63,478 nt of DNA, filler included, from Diploschistes diacapsis (GCA_023645945.1; 11 parts of 11 records of this genome joined end to end with filler, not necessarily neighbours in it); one strand, 5' to 3'; shown: positions 34,619 to 49,400, numbered from the whole stretch's first letter. Notes: generated from the letters alone by a model not told the origin. A program made the numbers and translations.

Positions 34619-35937
34619 CCCCTAGTCGCCATCCACAACACCTCCTCGACCCCCAACTTCAACCGGTCCCTCTCCGCCTCCTCGCCTCCCCCATCCCTAA
34701 ACCCCGGCGCAGTCCGCATCCGACTCGCGCCCATGGCCTCCCGCGCCGCCACCAAGACGCTGGGACTGTAGCCGCCGCTCACGTCCGTGCCCAGGCCCAC
34801 ATTGATGCCCTGGTCCAACAGCTCGCGCACCGGACAGATGCCCGAGCCCAGATACGCGTTGCTGGCGGGACAGTGCGCCACGGCCGCGCCGCGGCTCCGG
34901 ATCAGCGCCGTCTCCGCGCGGGAGAGGTGGATGGCGTGCGCGAGCACCGTGCGCGGGCCCAGGAGGCCCGCGCTGTCGTAGAGCGCCGCGTACGAGGCGT
35001 GCTCGGGGAACAGCTCGCGGACGAGGGCCAGCTCGCCTTCGTTCTCGGAGATGTGCGTCTGCACGGAGAGGCTCCGCTGGCGCGCGAGCGCGCCGAGGCC
35101 CTGGAGCAGGGCGGTGGTGCAGGACGGGCCGAAGCGGGGGGTGAGGATCGGGGCGATCAGGTCGTGCGCCGGGTCGAGGGACGCGATGTGCTGGATGCAG
35201 GATTCTGTTGCGGCGAGCGCGGCCGCCGCGGAGGCGTCGCGGTAGTATGCGGGCTGTAGGTGCGAGTCCATGGCGCAGCGGCCGATGAAGGCGCGTTGGC
35301 CGGCGGCGTGGGCGAGGGTGGCGAGGAGGTTGGTCGCGGGGACGTCGACCGTGGCGTAGTAGGCGGCTGTCGTGGTGCCGTGGCGGAGGGTGGAGGCGAT
35401 GCAGCGGGTGTAGACTGAGCGGGCTTTGGGGAGGGAGGAGAGGGAGGATTCGAGGGGGAAGGTGTATTTGTGCAGCCAGGTTAGGAGGGTGGTTTTGCCG
35501 AAGATGCCGGTGTTTGGGTATTGGGAGGCGTGGATGTGGGTGTCTGAAGAGGGGTGAGCTTGGGTTTGGAAGGAGAGGGATCGAGAGAGTATTCCTGACG
35601 CGAAGATAATGGGGGAAAGATGACCAGCATGAGAAATATGCCTGAAGACACCAAAGCCTAATCACTCTGGCACAACCGCTTCATACCACTACCACATACC
35701 AATGAAACCAGGAGCCCAAAACGCCACTCTCCCTTCGGGTGCCTTCACAGTGTTCCACGTTTCCCACCCCTGGGACTTGATCTTGCCATCCAGTGTCTTG
35801 TCTGCCAGCTCAACAAGCCTGATGACACCGTTGCCGTCAACACCAACAGCATGATTTTCAAGTATGCACAAATCTGTCAACGAGATGCAATGGACAAAAT
35901 CTCCAATATAAACTATTCCAGATTCCGAAGATGCCAT
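34619..35937 (-). CDS. GUD1: Guanine deaminase (amidohydrolase), 3' truncated by the contig end
   Basis: Exon 1 is 35937-35700. Intron 35699-35544 (GTATGT...CAG) restores PGFIDTHIHASQY. Other motifs: WLHKYTFPLE, PILTPRFGPSC, QTHISEN, VLAHAIHL, HCPASN, VGLGTDVSGGYSPS. Confidence 0.92.
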
Positions 35938-36463
35938 CTTAGGAAGCAAACGCAGCGAATATAAGGTAGCAGTAGTGCCTTGAGGCTAGTAAAGATGATT
36001 GTATAGCTGTAATTGAAGGAAATGAGGTGGAAATAGCAAGATTTGTCTCTCGGCTCTTCATAATTCAATATCATGTCCAGCGTCTTGATTAAGTATAAGA
36101 CATGCCTTCATTGGTAATAATTATCAGCTATATTCAGGATGAGCCATATAGTCTCTTTGATGCTAGCATTGACGATGCCATAGAGGAAACCAGAGGCTCA
36201 TTAGACCTCTTGGGGCCCATAACATGTCAATGGAGTTGAAAGAAATGGGTAATAGGTTCAATTTTAATGCTTGTCTGCAGTGACTTGCAATATATTTTCT
36301 CCGGTCTTATAGCTCTCTAGTAAGACAAGCTCCGTCAGCCCAAGATAATATTGATACAATATTGATTTGCAATCTTTCAGTATGGTCATTGCACTTTCCT
36401 TAACATTAGGTTATAGTTCTACAGGACCGCATGTTGGGGTATCATATATGTAACAACGCCAAA

Positions 36464-39400
36464 TCAAATGCTCGCTCTCCTGGGTGCCATCGTTCTCCGT
36501 AACTTTTTCTTCTCCTCTGACTCTTCCATGGAAGGAAGGACTCCCTGTTCTCTTAGCTCCGCCAAAAATTCCATTCCATACTTGTACCCAACTTCATAGA
36601 TTTCATCGAACTTGCTAAAGTCTAGTGTACCAAAGGCGTCGATAGGGGGCCTCATGTAAAGACAGCCGGGCGTGGTTTTCGCTCGCTCTAGGGCATCGAC
36701 ACTGCTCACATAGGCCAGACGAGCCTGAATCTCGGACAGGGTTGGTGGATTTGGGTACCCTGAGAACGGGTTCCAGCGGTTGAAAAGGGCCCACATTCCG
36801 GAGAGGGTGTCACCATATGTTTGGGGCGTATCATCGTCGAGAGCACCAACATCGACAGCGAAAACCGTATCAGCTCCGAGAGACTTCATGTGGGCAACAG
36901 TAAGATTGTCCACATAACCACCATCAAGAAGCAGGGAGCCATTCTCGCAGATTGGGGGAATGAGACCTGCTAGGCTCATTGAAGCGCGTACATAGCGCCA
37001 GACATAGCCCGATGTATGAATCTCTGATCGGGATTTGGTGATGTTGGTCGTGTTGCAGTAGAACTCGAGCCAGAAATCTTCGATCTGAGAGTCCCCGAAC
37101 GTCTTGAAGATGCCACGGTTGAACTCGTGGCCTGTAGTATACGACGCCGAAGGGTAGGTCAAGTCGAGAGCAAAGCGCCACATGCTGCCCATGCGTCCCG
37201 CGAACTTCTTTGCTCTTCCGTACATTGGTACAAGATCCGCCTCCCGCGCGTAAAGAGCACCAATAAATGACCCAATAGAGGTGCCGCCGATAATGTCAAT
37301 CGGTATCCCGGCTTCCTCAAGAGCTCTAATCACACCCACGTGAGAGATACCGCGAGCTCCACCACCACCGAGGACCAATCCAACAGCCTTGCCACAAAGC
37401 CTACGAGCTAGCCTATGGAAGTCACCCTTGAATGGAGTCTCCGCAGAATACAACGGGGTTTGCCGAACCCTTCTTGAAGTATATTTCTGGATTTCTGCCT
37501 GGACTCGTTGCTTAATAGCGGTACCGATGCGTTTGATCTGAGGGTGGGCAGGTTCGGGCTCAGTGCGAAAGGCCATTTGGATGTGGTAGTGCCCCCCATT
37601 GATCCATGGCCTACTCTGTAACCACCTCCTGGTAAGGCCTGGCGGCGAATATCTCTCCACGTGAAGCAGAACGAGGTCCTTTCGTGCAGTGGACTTAGCC
37701 CCTAGCATAAATCGCTCGTAGTCTCCAATACTCGCGGAGGCCTCTGCAAGTCCCACGAGGAGAATGCAGTCGGCCTGGGTGACGCAAGTCTTCGTCCATG
37801 GTGCACTTACAGGAGTATCTGCAACGTACAGTAACATCCCATATCTCTCTTCCAGGTCGGCCAGATACTGAGACAACTTGAGTTTGCCCATGCGGGAGAA
37901 GGCGTGGCGGCCTAAGTGATTCAGTATAGCAGTTTGGGTGAGTGACGTTACTCCGTTGACGATGCCTATCTGGCCTAAGGCGTGTAACAGTCGATTGCTA
38001 AATTCGACGACAGGTACGTTAGATGCGATGGGTAGTATGGCAATTGTTCTAAGATTGAGCGAAGATGTTACCGGTTTCGCTACGGCAGCCGTTTTCTTTT
38101 CTCTGCCCTGCTCAAATATAGGGTCGCCCAGAAGTGCTCCCATCCGCTGAGCAATGATCTTGCTCACTTTAATGGTGATACCCGGATGCTCTAGGGCGAG
38201 GCTGTTGAATAAACTTTTGGGCAGTTTTGCGAGCTCGGTATCCCGAATGGCATGCATCGTGGCTGGCCTTGCAGTCTCGGTCATAACTTCAAGCTCACCA
38301 ACACTCTCACCTTGGCCGTATTCACCCATTACGCGCTTCTGCCCATCACCCTTTTCGGAAATTGCTCGCAATCGTCCGTTGAGGACAATGTATATGGCAT
38401 CACTTTCGTCGCCCTGGTGGTGCATTAAATCACCGGCATCTATTTGGACCCACTCGAGCGCAAAGTCGATATGGAGTATCAACCTCGGTAAGATGGTTGT
38501 CATTCTCTTCGCCATTGTCAGAAGAACTACAGGATACTTCTCTACCACTCGTTCTAGGGAATCTCGAGGAAGGAAGCCGACGTAAACATCCGTTTTTGCT
38601 CGGACATCAATGAAAGATCTGTAACCGGATAGTGAGCCAATGTAGCCTGCAAGACCTCCAGGTTTCACTAAGAACAGGCTTTCTCTAGGAGGCGATTTCT
38701 TCTTTCCCCTTGTTGGGTTACCGGCAATGGAGTAAGAATGTATAGAAGTCAAGTCCATTCTGTTCGTCGGCTTTTCGTCTCGAAAGCGGCCAAAGGAGTC
38801 AATTCTAGTAGCACGTGCAGATGCACTTGATTCTTCAAAGAAGGTTCCGACGTCAAGAAAACCATCAATAACATAGTATAGCCCAGGGTTGCGTTCTCCC
38901 TCTTCCACAAGGACAGCGCCTTGGGGAAAAAAGACTATTTCGATATCGTCTAGCAACTCGTCGCCAGCATTTACGGGATAGCCCAGTGAAGGAGAGGCAT
39001 TGGCTGTGGACATGGCAGATTCGGTCTCGCCGTCGTGAGAGCCGTCGAAAGATCCGATGAAACCAAAAGCATTTGCAAACATCGCTTGTTGGCGACGAGC
39101 GTCATATGATACAAGCCTCGGCGAGTGGTCCGCAGACTCAGCGTCCATAGTCATCATGCCGCTCTTGACATCTGTCAACCCGATTGCCTTGGTCATGCAA
39201 GCCAGGATCGATCGCCTGAACTGTTCATCCTCGTCATAAGATTGTTGACGCTGGAGTGCCATGCCCGGAGCTCGATCAAGATTGGGATGCCCAAGGCGAG
39301 CCAAGGGACGTATCTCCTTCGCGCCAAGAGGCGATGCGAGCTGCTCTCTGTCCTTTACTGGGGACACAGCTGAGAGACGCTTAGGGAATCTCGAAGTCTG

Positions 39401-41026
39401 AATCGTTGCCAATAGGTCCCCGGGACTGACGTTGAATTGGCTATTTCCAGCATCCACACTGTCAGTCGCACTCATACCTGCAGAGGTAATGTTCCTAATG
39501 CGCTTCATCTGCATCGGCCCAAGAAGATCGCTTCGTACTGCACTCATTGACCGTCTATGACGCCCAATATGCGGGTTGTGGAGCGCAATACCTTTTGTAC
39601 CATCATCTTCCGGTTTCAGCCGCTCCTGTTCCTTTTGGAATTTATCTTTCAATCTGTCCAGCGCTTGCCCACGCAAATGGTTTGGCAGGTCATAATTCGT
39701 AAACCTGTCCATTAACTTTTCGACCTCGAGTACCTCTGCAGTGAGACCTAGATAGGATTTTGCCGTGGCGAGTGTAACCCTTTGGAGCCGAGACAAAATG
39801 ATCTGCACAATATGCGCTGTAGCTCGCGGATACACTCTTGTCAATCGGCGAAATGCGGTTGCGGGTATGATTGCAATCATAGTATCTACAGTGGCCCTTG
39901 CAACAATATCGGGATGTACGGACTTCCTTGGCATGCGCTTGTGGCTCGAGTGATTTCTCCCATGGGGCGCGTTCTCATCCAGAGACAGAGGTGGGATAGC
40001 TGGCGGTCTAGCTTTGAGGTCGAAATAACTAGGCTCTTGTGCTTCTTGTTCGGGCAGAGAACGGGGTGTCCGGGCTGGGCTTTCTGATGGCAGGTCAGGG
40101 ATTCTACTGGCACCGAAAGGCGGACTAAATCTGCCATGTAGACCGTTGGCGCTATCGGCGTCATGCCTAAGTTTGACGTCTTCCGTGAAGAGCGATAAAA
40201 CCGAGAATAAAGACGACATGGGCGCGCCATTCTTGACCTCTGTAAGAAGCTGGTAGCCCTGGCGGTCTTCACGAGGTTCGTCCTCTCTATTCACTTGGTC
40301 CTGGCTAGTAGTCCGCTGTACACCGTCATTCAACCGAGGAGTCTGGTTTGACTTGACGAAGATCTGTACTAAGCCATCCACAACCAGACAGAATCCCTTC
40401 TCTTCCTCGAGAAGCAGTGTTTCTCCGGCGATAAGCTTTCTCGTTTGCATAGTCCTCGTCAGCTCGTGGAAGACGGGCCTCTCAAGGTAGCCGAACACCT
40501 TAATGGCGCTCAAGAACTCGTCTAGGTAATTCGACATGCCGGGTCTCGTCCCGCTTTCTTCTTGCGTATCCGGTACCAAGTCGATATGGGGCTCTTTGCG
40601 CTGGGGTTCAGGAGGCAGACGGGCGTACATATTGAGATAGCGGTATCGGACGACCCAGCTGACGGCCGAGCCGAAAGCAGCAAATATGAACAGGCTAGAG
40701 CAACCCAACTTAGCACATATGGTACTATTGAAGGATTAAGCTTACACGGTAGTCAAGTTCAGCGTTAGTGTCCAGCTCTTTGAGCCAAGCTCGAATAGCC
40801 ATGTTGGGAGGGTGATTGTAAGAAAAGTGATTACCCAGTATAAGAGGTTCAATATGGCACGGAAGATTTCGACAAGGAGGGCGGTCAAGAGGCTGTCATC
40901 AGGTGGTTTCGAAGCAGCCATGACAAAGGCCGATGTTGCGGAAGCCGTCACACTGCTTGGTCCTGAAGTCGTGGTTGTAGCGGCAGAGACTCCTCCTATA
41001 GCGGAGCTGATGATATGCTGCTCCAT
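36464..41026 (-). CDS. NTE1: Lysophospholipase NTE1 (cNMP-binding domains plus patatin domain)
   Basis: Exon 1 is 41026-40746, with a 51-nt intron at 40745-40695. Motifs: [43 protein letters not shown] and C-terminal RRASI. Confidence 0.95.
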
Positions 41027-41600
41027 GTATCCTGCCGGTAGGTTGCATTCTGTTCCACGGGGACGCTTCAATGACCCTTCGTACTACTATGAGAACAATC
41101 GGAGCACAAGCATCATTCCGGAGCCAACATTACACCGACCTACAAAGTAAGTAGTAGAAAGTAGATATTAACCATTATAGGTCTGACTTATGTATCCGCG
41201 CGGCCTCTAACGGCCACGAGTGTCGGCATTGGTGCCGATTGGCTAAATCTCGGCAATTGCCGAAGGCGGTCAGGGACTTCTTTCACTCTACCGAATAGGG
41301 TTAGCGTAGGGCCATCGCGGTATCTGTCTTTCTTTCTGGCAGTCGAGATGCCTATTGAACTTATCTGCAGTACTGGTGGCAAGCTTCTTGCACATACTGG
41401 AACCTCTTTCTGAGATCTCTGCTATTAGGGCTGTTGTATCAGACAAAAACCGTTTGACTACGCCTGCGACATAGTTCGATGCATCCTAGTCTTACTAACT
41501 GTGCTTCTTGTCGTCGTTTGAGTGAATAGTGCAGAGAGCAAGAACAGAGAAAGTGCCTGCTGGGACTGGCCAGCCAGGCTCCGGGCGATAAAACTCGGGG

Positions 41601-42783
41601 ATGGCCATATCACGATCATTACGACGGACGAATCCGATAACAGTCATTCTTGCATCTCTCTTGGCGTTTGGCTTCCTATACTTCATCTTCTCATCACCCT
41701 CATCTACAGCTGCGCCGCCAATACGGAAAGGCAAGCACAACTCACCCGCGACAAACCCCCTATCTCCACCAACGGCGCCCTTTCAAAAGCAATCGTCGTC
41801 CGGCGGCCGACCCAAACCGCCTCCAGTTGTCCACTACCCCCTGAACAATGTCACCACCTCCGCCAACCCCGAAGCCAACCTCGAAACCATCCTCATCCTC
41901 ACCCCACTTGCCCGCTTCTACCAGGAATACTGGGATAATCTTCTACGACTCTCCTACCCACACCACCTCATCTCGCTCGGATTTATCATACCCAAAAACA
42001 AGGAGGGCAATGCCGCCACCTCCGCACTGCAGGAAGCCGTTCAAAGAACCCAAACCGGCTCCAAAGCCAGCCGCTTCGCCAGCGTAACCATCCTGCGGCA
42101 AGACTTCGAGGTCCCCACTGCCCAAGACGAAACCACACGGCATAAGCTCGAGAATCAAAAGGTGCGGCGCGCCGCCATGTCGCGCGCGCGCAACTCGCTC
42201 CTTTTCACCACAATGGGCCCCTTCACCGCCTGGGTGCTGTGGATGGACTCGGACATCGTTGAAACGCCATCCACGCTCATCCAAGACCTCGCTTCGCACG
42301 ACAAGCCCATTATAGTGCCCAACTGCATGCAGCGCTACCTCAACGAAGAAGGCCAGCCCGACATCCGGCCGTACGACTTCAACACGTGGCAGGACAGCGC
42401 CGCGGCACTGGAGCTGGCGAAGAGCATGGGCCCGGACGAAATCATCGTTGAAGGGTACGCAGAACTGGCGACCTACAGGACGCTGATGTCGAAGATCGCG
42501 GACCCGGACCCGAAGAGGGACCCGCGGCGGATACTGCAGGTCGACGGCGTGGGCGGCACGGCGCTGATGGTCAAGGCGGAGGTGCACCGAGACGGGGCCA
42601 TGTTCCCGCCGTTTCCCTTCTACCACCTGATCGAGACGGAAGGATTCGCGAAGATGGCAAGGAGGCTGGGCTGGAGCTGCTGGGGCCTGCCGAATTACTT
42701 TGTGAGTGCCCGTTCGTCCTGCTTGTCGCTACTTACCCTTGCTGACCGAAATCCTTCCCCAGGTTTACCACTACAACGAGTAA
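41601..42783 (+). CDS. MNN9: Golgi mannan polymerase subunit Mnn9 (Anp1/GT62 family)
   Basis: Type II N-terminal TM segment; motifs ILILTPLARF, RRAAMSRARNSLL, WVLWMDSDI, DGVGGT, HLIETEGFAKMA. Intron 42702-42762 (GTGAGT...CTGAC...CAG) gives the terminal GLPNYF|VYHYNE*. The 478-aa ORF in the track reads through this intron. Confidence 0.92.
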
Positions 42784-43406
42784 TTCGCGTGTCTTCTACC
42801 CTTGTCGTTTTTCTCTACGCTGTTTCGGAGTTGCGGCATAGCAAAAGAAAAGGAGGTCATGTAGCGACGCCAGTCCTTTACAAGAGGTTGACGGCTTGGG
42901 GCTATGAGACGAGCAGGCGCACGGCCTTTCTCTACTTTCTGTATCATACATTTATCTCGAAGGCATTCGGGAGGATGAGGACCGATTCACCATGTTTTCA
43001 GGACATTGACGAAATTGTTCCCCTTGCGTGTGTCTAGTACCCCCTCGTCTTCCTACCAAAGTGCCCGCGTGCAGTATGCTTGGGTCGCAAAGTGAATGTA
43101 GTACAAGATCCATTATTATGAACTCTGCTCTGGGTGCTGCTGGTTGGCTTATCGACTGACTCACGTCAAACTAAACCGCAATGGTTTATCGAGGCGCAGG
43201 AGCTCGGAAACGAGCCCCCTCATTGAAGGACCTTTGCCTCGAGTTGCCACAAGCGAATCGACATGCCGATCCCGACGGCAATGATATTCATCGTTTGGTG
43301 CTATGATCGCTCTACATCTATCTATGCTACAGAATTCTACATGTGCAAAGTACCGCAGCGCCATGTCAAAACGCTATCTTCTACAAATAAATCCAATCCG
43401 AGTCCT

Positions 43407-46400
43407 TCAAGTAGCTTGTGCCACCCCCCTCACAGCTTCCTCCCTGTCCCCATCCTCCTGATACCTATCCCAATTCGCCAACACGTTTGCGATCCGTGGA
43501 CTGTTCGTCAGCTTATACACCTCCTCGAAATACTCCTTCGTGAGCGCAAACGGCTTGGCCGTGACGTTGGGAATGTACTTGCCAACCAGCTTGCTCGGGT
43601 CGATTGTCGTCCTGTTGATCTTCTTCAGCAAGAAACTTCGGAACGGCTTGACGCCGGACCGGAGGAAAGTGCTGTGAAACGGCACATCGATGCCCTTGAG
43701 CGGGATGGTGGCAAACCCGCGCTGCAGATCGAGAGGCTTCGGCTTGGCCTCTGTTTGCTTGACGCATTCGCGAATAATCTCGACGAGGTGGGCTTTGACC
43801 TCCTCGAGAGACATGGACTGCATGAGCGACTGGATATCGATGTTCTGGGCCTTGAGGTAGTTGGTCACGTTGGTCAGGGTATCGAGAGCCCGAAGCTGGT
43901 ACTGTCATTAGCGAGGTTCAACTCGGAGCGTACAGGAGGTACTTACATCGCCAGCACAAACGTATTGCGTGTTGGCAACATTGAAGTTGACAATCTCGAT
44001 AAGCCATCCAGTAACTTCTGAAATGTTCTCGACAACGTATTGCAGAGCCTGCTCGTTGAACGACTTGTTGATTCTGCTCGGATTCACAGCCACCATTGAG
44101 TAATTTGATCGGCCGGCAGCATCTCGCTCAACGGCCACTTGCATAGTAAGACCGCGATAGAAACAGACGGCTACCAAACTTTCAATGGGCATAACTTCTG
44201 CCAAGGCCGCAAGAGCGGAATACTCTCCCAGGGAATGGCCTGCAAAACTGCTGTCTCGCTGAACAAGCCCCTTCGCGCGCATATCTTCGAAGCTTGCCTT
44301 CTCCATGAGAGTCAAAGCTGGTTGAGTAAACTGTGTCGCCGACAATAGACCGGTTGGCGACCTGTAGGTATACGATGTAGTATTTTCGTCAATCTCTTTG
44401 AAAATCTTTTCGCTTCGAATTGAACCATCTGCGTCAACGGTCTCGAAGGTCATGGACATATAGTTTTGCCGGATTGTTTTCCCACGGGGACCTCCAAAAT
44501 GGATCGTCAATTCCTTTGGATTGTTCTTCACAATGTCGGTGATCGAGAAACCATAATTCTCCATGAAATGAGCATCGGCACGGTCCCAAACTTCCTTGGC
44601 GACTGAACTGCTGTTGTATAGCTCCATGCCCATTCCCTGTTCCTGCGAGCCTTGACCAGTGAATACGTAGGCCGATACGGGTTGCTCCACCTCAGCCTCT
44701 CCAAGAAGTACTTTTTCTTCCGTCTCTTTGTTGCTAGCCTCAACCTTGATGATCTTGCGACCAGCAACCATACCGACATGCTGAAGCTTTACCTCTATGT
44801 CATCATTTGGAAGCACCATGCCGATCAAGGAAGCGTGGAAGGATCGCACTCGTCCAACGTGGTTCTCCGCAGCCCATATCTCTACCAGGCTCCGGACTGC
44901 CGCGCTAGAATACATGCCATGCGTGATCGTTCCTGGAAGACTGGCATAGCTTGCAAACACGCGTGAGACGTGTATAGGATTGAAATCGCCAGACACTCGC
45001 GCGTAAGTTTCGTTTGACGCTGGTGCCCTTAATATAAGCGGTGTCTTGCCACTCAGCGGTATTGGGTTCTCAAAGTTGATAGGCTGCTCAATTGATTTGC
45101 CATACCGCTGAAGATAGTCAATCACCGGGTTGCCGTGGGAAGTGCCGGCAGTATAGTCGACCGAAGCAACTTGAATGATCTCTTTTGTTGGTAGTTCAAG
45201 CAGGACTTGACCGATGGTCGCGACTGAGCTGAAGACTGTTTTGTTCTTGAACCGGTTCAATGTCTGAAGACGGAACGTCAATGTCTGATTCAATAGGTCC
45301 GCATCAGACTCGTCCATTTGGAACCATTCCTTGGACCGCAGGACGGCGACATCCTTGGTGGAAGCCAGATGAACTTGCATGGGTGTTTCTTCTTTCCGCT
45401 GAAAGGTCTTATCGAAGTCGTTGTAGGTTCCGCGATAGAGAAACTGGCTAACGACTTCCATTACTGGTTTTCCTGCCCGAGTAATCGTACCGCAAACCTC
45501 CACCATCTTGCCCGAATCTTGGTTCATAACAGCATTGATCCGTGCCGTGGTGTCTAGAACATCGCCCTTTCTCAGAGGTTCCGCACCGGGCAGCATTCTA
45601 AAGCCATTGGACAGGTGGACAAGTTTCAGGAGGTCTCCGTCTATGGCTCTGGGGAAGATGGGTTTCGTTATTGCCTTCCAGCCCACGACGATCGCAAAGT
45701 CCATTGGTGCCATTATGTCCTTGCCTGGACGCTCAACAAAGGCCTCCCCTGTGTTACCAACAGCGTGTACAAAATCTGCAATGGCCTGACTTGTCACAGT
45801 CGCCCGGCCTCCTTGGAACGTACTTTCCGGTGGCACTTCAAAGGGACACTCTTCGTTGCCGAACCATATGTTGTAATAGAATCCTTTGATACGGTCATTA
45901 CGCCCTGCCATGATCTCCTTGATGGGCGCATAGCCTGTCTCTGGATGGTAGGTAAACTTTAGAGGTAGCACAGCTGCCTTACCAGTCGCCGTTCGCTCTT
46001 CGATCAAGTCCACCTGCAAGTTGCTTTTACCAGTCATTCTGATCTCGACCGTTTGTACAAGCTTGCCGGACTGAGAGGGTTCCTTTAGCGATATGACAGT
46101 CCTGGAAGGGTGTTTCGGCTGGAATATCTCGACCAGCATACCATGGGTCGGCGAAAATATGCGGCGGAGAGGATTCGTTTGGAAGCGCTGGCCTTGTACA
46201 AAGACCTCAGTCGTGAACATCGCGTATCTCCAGGAGTAAGCTTTCCCAGCTAGCATGTGCATCCACGCGTCGACGTTAGGTAGGGCTGTATTCGGCGCTG
46301 AAGATAATCTGTATGTGATTTTTTCCTCGTCTTGTGATATTACCAAGCCATCGATCTCCAGCATATCCGCCACCTCCCCCAGTACCTGACCCCCAAAATA

Positions 46401-49400
46401 TTCGATGGTTGGGATCGAACCTTCGTCTCCGCCGTAAAACTCTTTGCTGAGCTTTTCTATATGTTGCTCATGGATACCATCCAGAATGGTTTTGATAGGC
46501 TCATCCACCTGCGTTGAAAACCTGGCAGCTGTAGGACCCTGGAGGATGCACGTCCTGCCAACGTCTTGGTCGACTACGGCTTCAAGATCTTCGGATTGCC
46601 ACAACGAGTCTTTTTTGAAGAAGAGTTCAAAATTTTCGTCCAAGACAGGTACGAACGGGACAGGCTTTTGGCCCCTGCGCTGACAGAGTAGCAAAAAGTG
46701 CTGAACATCTTGTGCGCTAATTAGCTGATTTTCAGCTTCCGGGTAAGCCTTTCGTAATTTCACAAGGACCGCAAAAGGTTGATCCAGGTCAGAGTAAGCG
46801 TGCAGGATAGGGGACTGGCCAGCACCCTTTGCAAAACGCTCTTCGACACGCTGGATGAAATCTGCTGTAAGTCGAGACAGCGAGGAGTCGATCCACCGTG
46901 ACTCGTGCTTAACGTACATTAGATCCACCATTCGACTTGCAACCTCGTAGTAGGTCATGTCTTCCAGATCCACGACTTGGCCATCCGAATCGCGGCCGAA
47001 CCAGACCTTTTGAAAATCGTCGTTCAACTTCTTGATGATATAATCACGCTGTTTCTTGAGCTCAGGCAATCGCTTCGCCTTATCAAGGCTGAATATCTTT
47101 TGGTCCATTTCTGCCCAGAAGAGGACTCCACGAGTGGCAAGCTTGTGGATAGGCTCTCCCATCTCGGAGCGAACTGTGATTACCCCCCCAGCTGGGCCCT
47201 TGTACGTCTTCTCCCATTCCGAGTCGTCGATACCCTGGGCATCTACAATGGCCTTTTTGGCGTTTTTCGATGTATGAGCCTCTTTCGCTGTCATCATTCG
47301 GCTGCCGAACAGACAGCCATCATATGGCATCGGGGGATAACCGAACTTCGTGGACCATGCGCCTGTCAAATAGGGATAAGTATCGTCGGCACCACCGAAA
47401 CCGCTGCCAGCCACCAGTATAATGTTGGCACATCTTCTTATCCTTCCATACATGAGGAGGATTGGTTGATGAAAATCCTCGTACGAGTGATGGCCACCTC
47501 CACGTCCGCCAGTCCACTGCAGCATGACAGGGAATAGAGGATTAGCTTTCGCAACGTTGATGACCTGCTGGATGGCCTCAACAGAACCAGGCTTGAACGC
47601 AATGTGTTTGATACCGAGAGTTGTTATGTACTCGTTAGCAACCTCAATCGATGGAACACCAGCTCCAATGGTAAGCCCTTCAATCGGGACACCATTGGCT
47701 CGTAACTGCCCGATCAAGGGTATCTGCCATTGCATGGCGCGAGGATTTACGTAGATAAGATTGACCGTGATTCCCCGTCCGGCTGGAATGGCGTTTTCTA
47801 TCTTCGCCAGGGCTTCGGTCATTGATTTGCTGTTGTAGTATCCACCTCCGGCGAGCTCAATATGGTAGCCGGCATTCATAGTGGCAGCGACAAAATCCCA
47901 GGGGACGGTACAAGGCGTCATGCCGGCAACCATTACGGGAGGTACACCCAACAAGCGACTCATCTTGGTGTCCACGTACACCTGGCCCATTGACGTTCGC
48001 ACCAGTTTCGGTCCATGCTCCTTGACCCAGTTTGCGGCATATTTCACGGCATGCTCTTCGTCCCTGTCCAAAAGCTCTGGCTTGTAGCCGACTTCGGTAT
48101 TCGTGCCATCCATTGCTCCAGCGAGTATAACGCGCACCCCAGTGCCGTCCTTGTTACGGTTTGTCAAGACGCCAAGGCCGGATATCCCGCCTGGGCCAAA
48201 ATCAAGGACATGCGTTGCATTCGGGAAAGTTGTGGCCGTTTCCCATTGAACTATATCCAAAGTGATTAATCTGACCAAGAGGGGAACTAAGTCCGTGTCT
48301 CCTTGTGAGCGCATATCTTCGCCATTGTTTGTGCTGTAGACTGGAATCGTAAGACTAGACGCAGGGACCTTGATGTCGCTTAAGTCCTCTGCTAGATGGT
48401 GGCGGGCATCTCGCAAGTACGGGCTGTGGAAAGGTGCAGTAATGGGCAGGAAACGGTTGACAAAACGTATCTTGCGTTGGGTAAACGGTATTCTTGTTTG
48501 ATCGAGTCCGGTCGGGGCTTTCACTTTGCGCAGCCTCAGGTTCAGTCCATATAGCGACAATGGCGGACCTGTGACAACAAAGTTTCTAGCCGAGTTCACG
48601 AGTGAAATAGCAATGTGGCGATCTTCAGGAAGATGCTGGTTTGTAGCATCAATGTGCTCCTGAACTGCCGTACGAGGAAGATCTCGAATAGACAACATGG
48701 GAGTCGGCATCCCTTCACCACTTTCCGAGGAATCTTGAAGGGTTGAAGGAGCAAGTGACGTTCTTGGATATGCTTGCTGACTCCTGCAACCGATCCAGAA
48801 AAGGATGGTCAAGGCTTGCTTGGCCGCTTGATCGAAGGATTCCCACGAATCTGCCGTTGCTATCAATGCGGCAGTCACTATCCCCTGCGAATGGCCCGTG
48901 GTTCCTGACAAGCGCTCGCAAACCTCGCCCGGCGTGAGACCCAAGGACCTGCAGACAATAGCATAATGGGCCAACTGAACCAAGCCAATCAGAGGGAGAC
49001 TGACGGGAGCCGAGATCAAGTAGTCTGTATCAGGCTGCGAGTCCTTGTTGCCAAGCCACCTCATGACATCAAAGCCTTTCGAATATAGCTTGTTGATTCC
49101 CGCGTCTCGCGATAGGGTTAACAGCAGTTGAGCCGAGTCTGCGATGAAGGTTTCAACGAATGAGGGATAAGTGGTGTAAACCTCCCGAAGCTCTTCAAAG
49201 TACTCCTCGATGTTCCCTTGGCCGCCGTAGATGGTGTAAATTCTAGCCTCTTCGTCTTGTGCAGCCCGCAGCAAGGCGGATTGATGTGGCCGTATAGGTC
49301 GTTTCGCAACCGCGCGAGCCGCATAGTAGGCTCTCACAACTATAAGCTTCTTTTGCACGATGCCGGGAAGTGAGGCTGCGAGGGTGTGCACATCGTTGCC

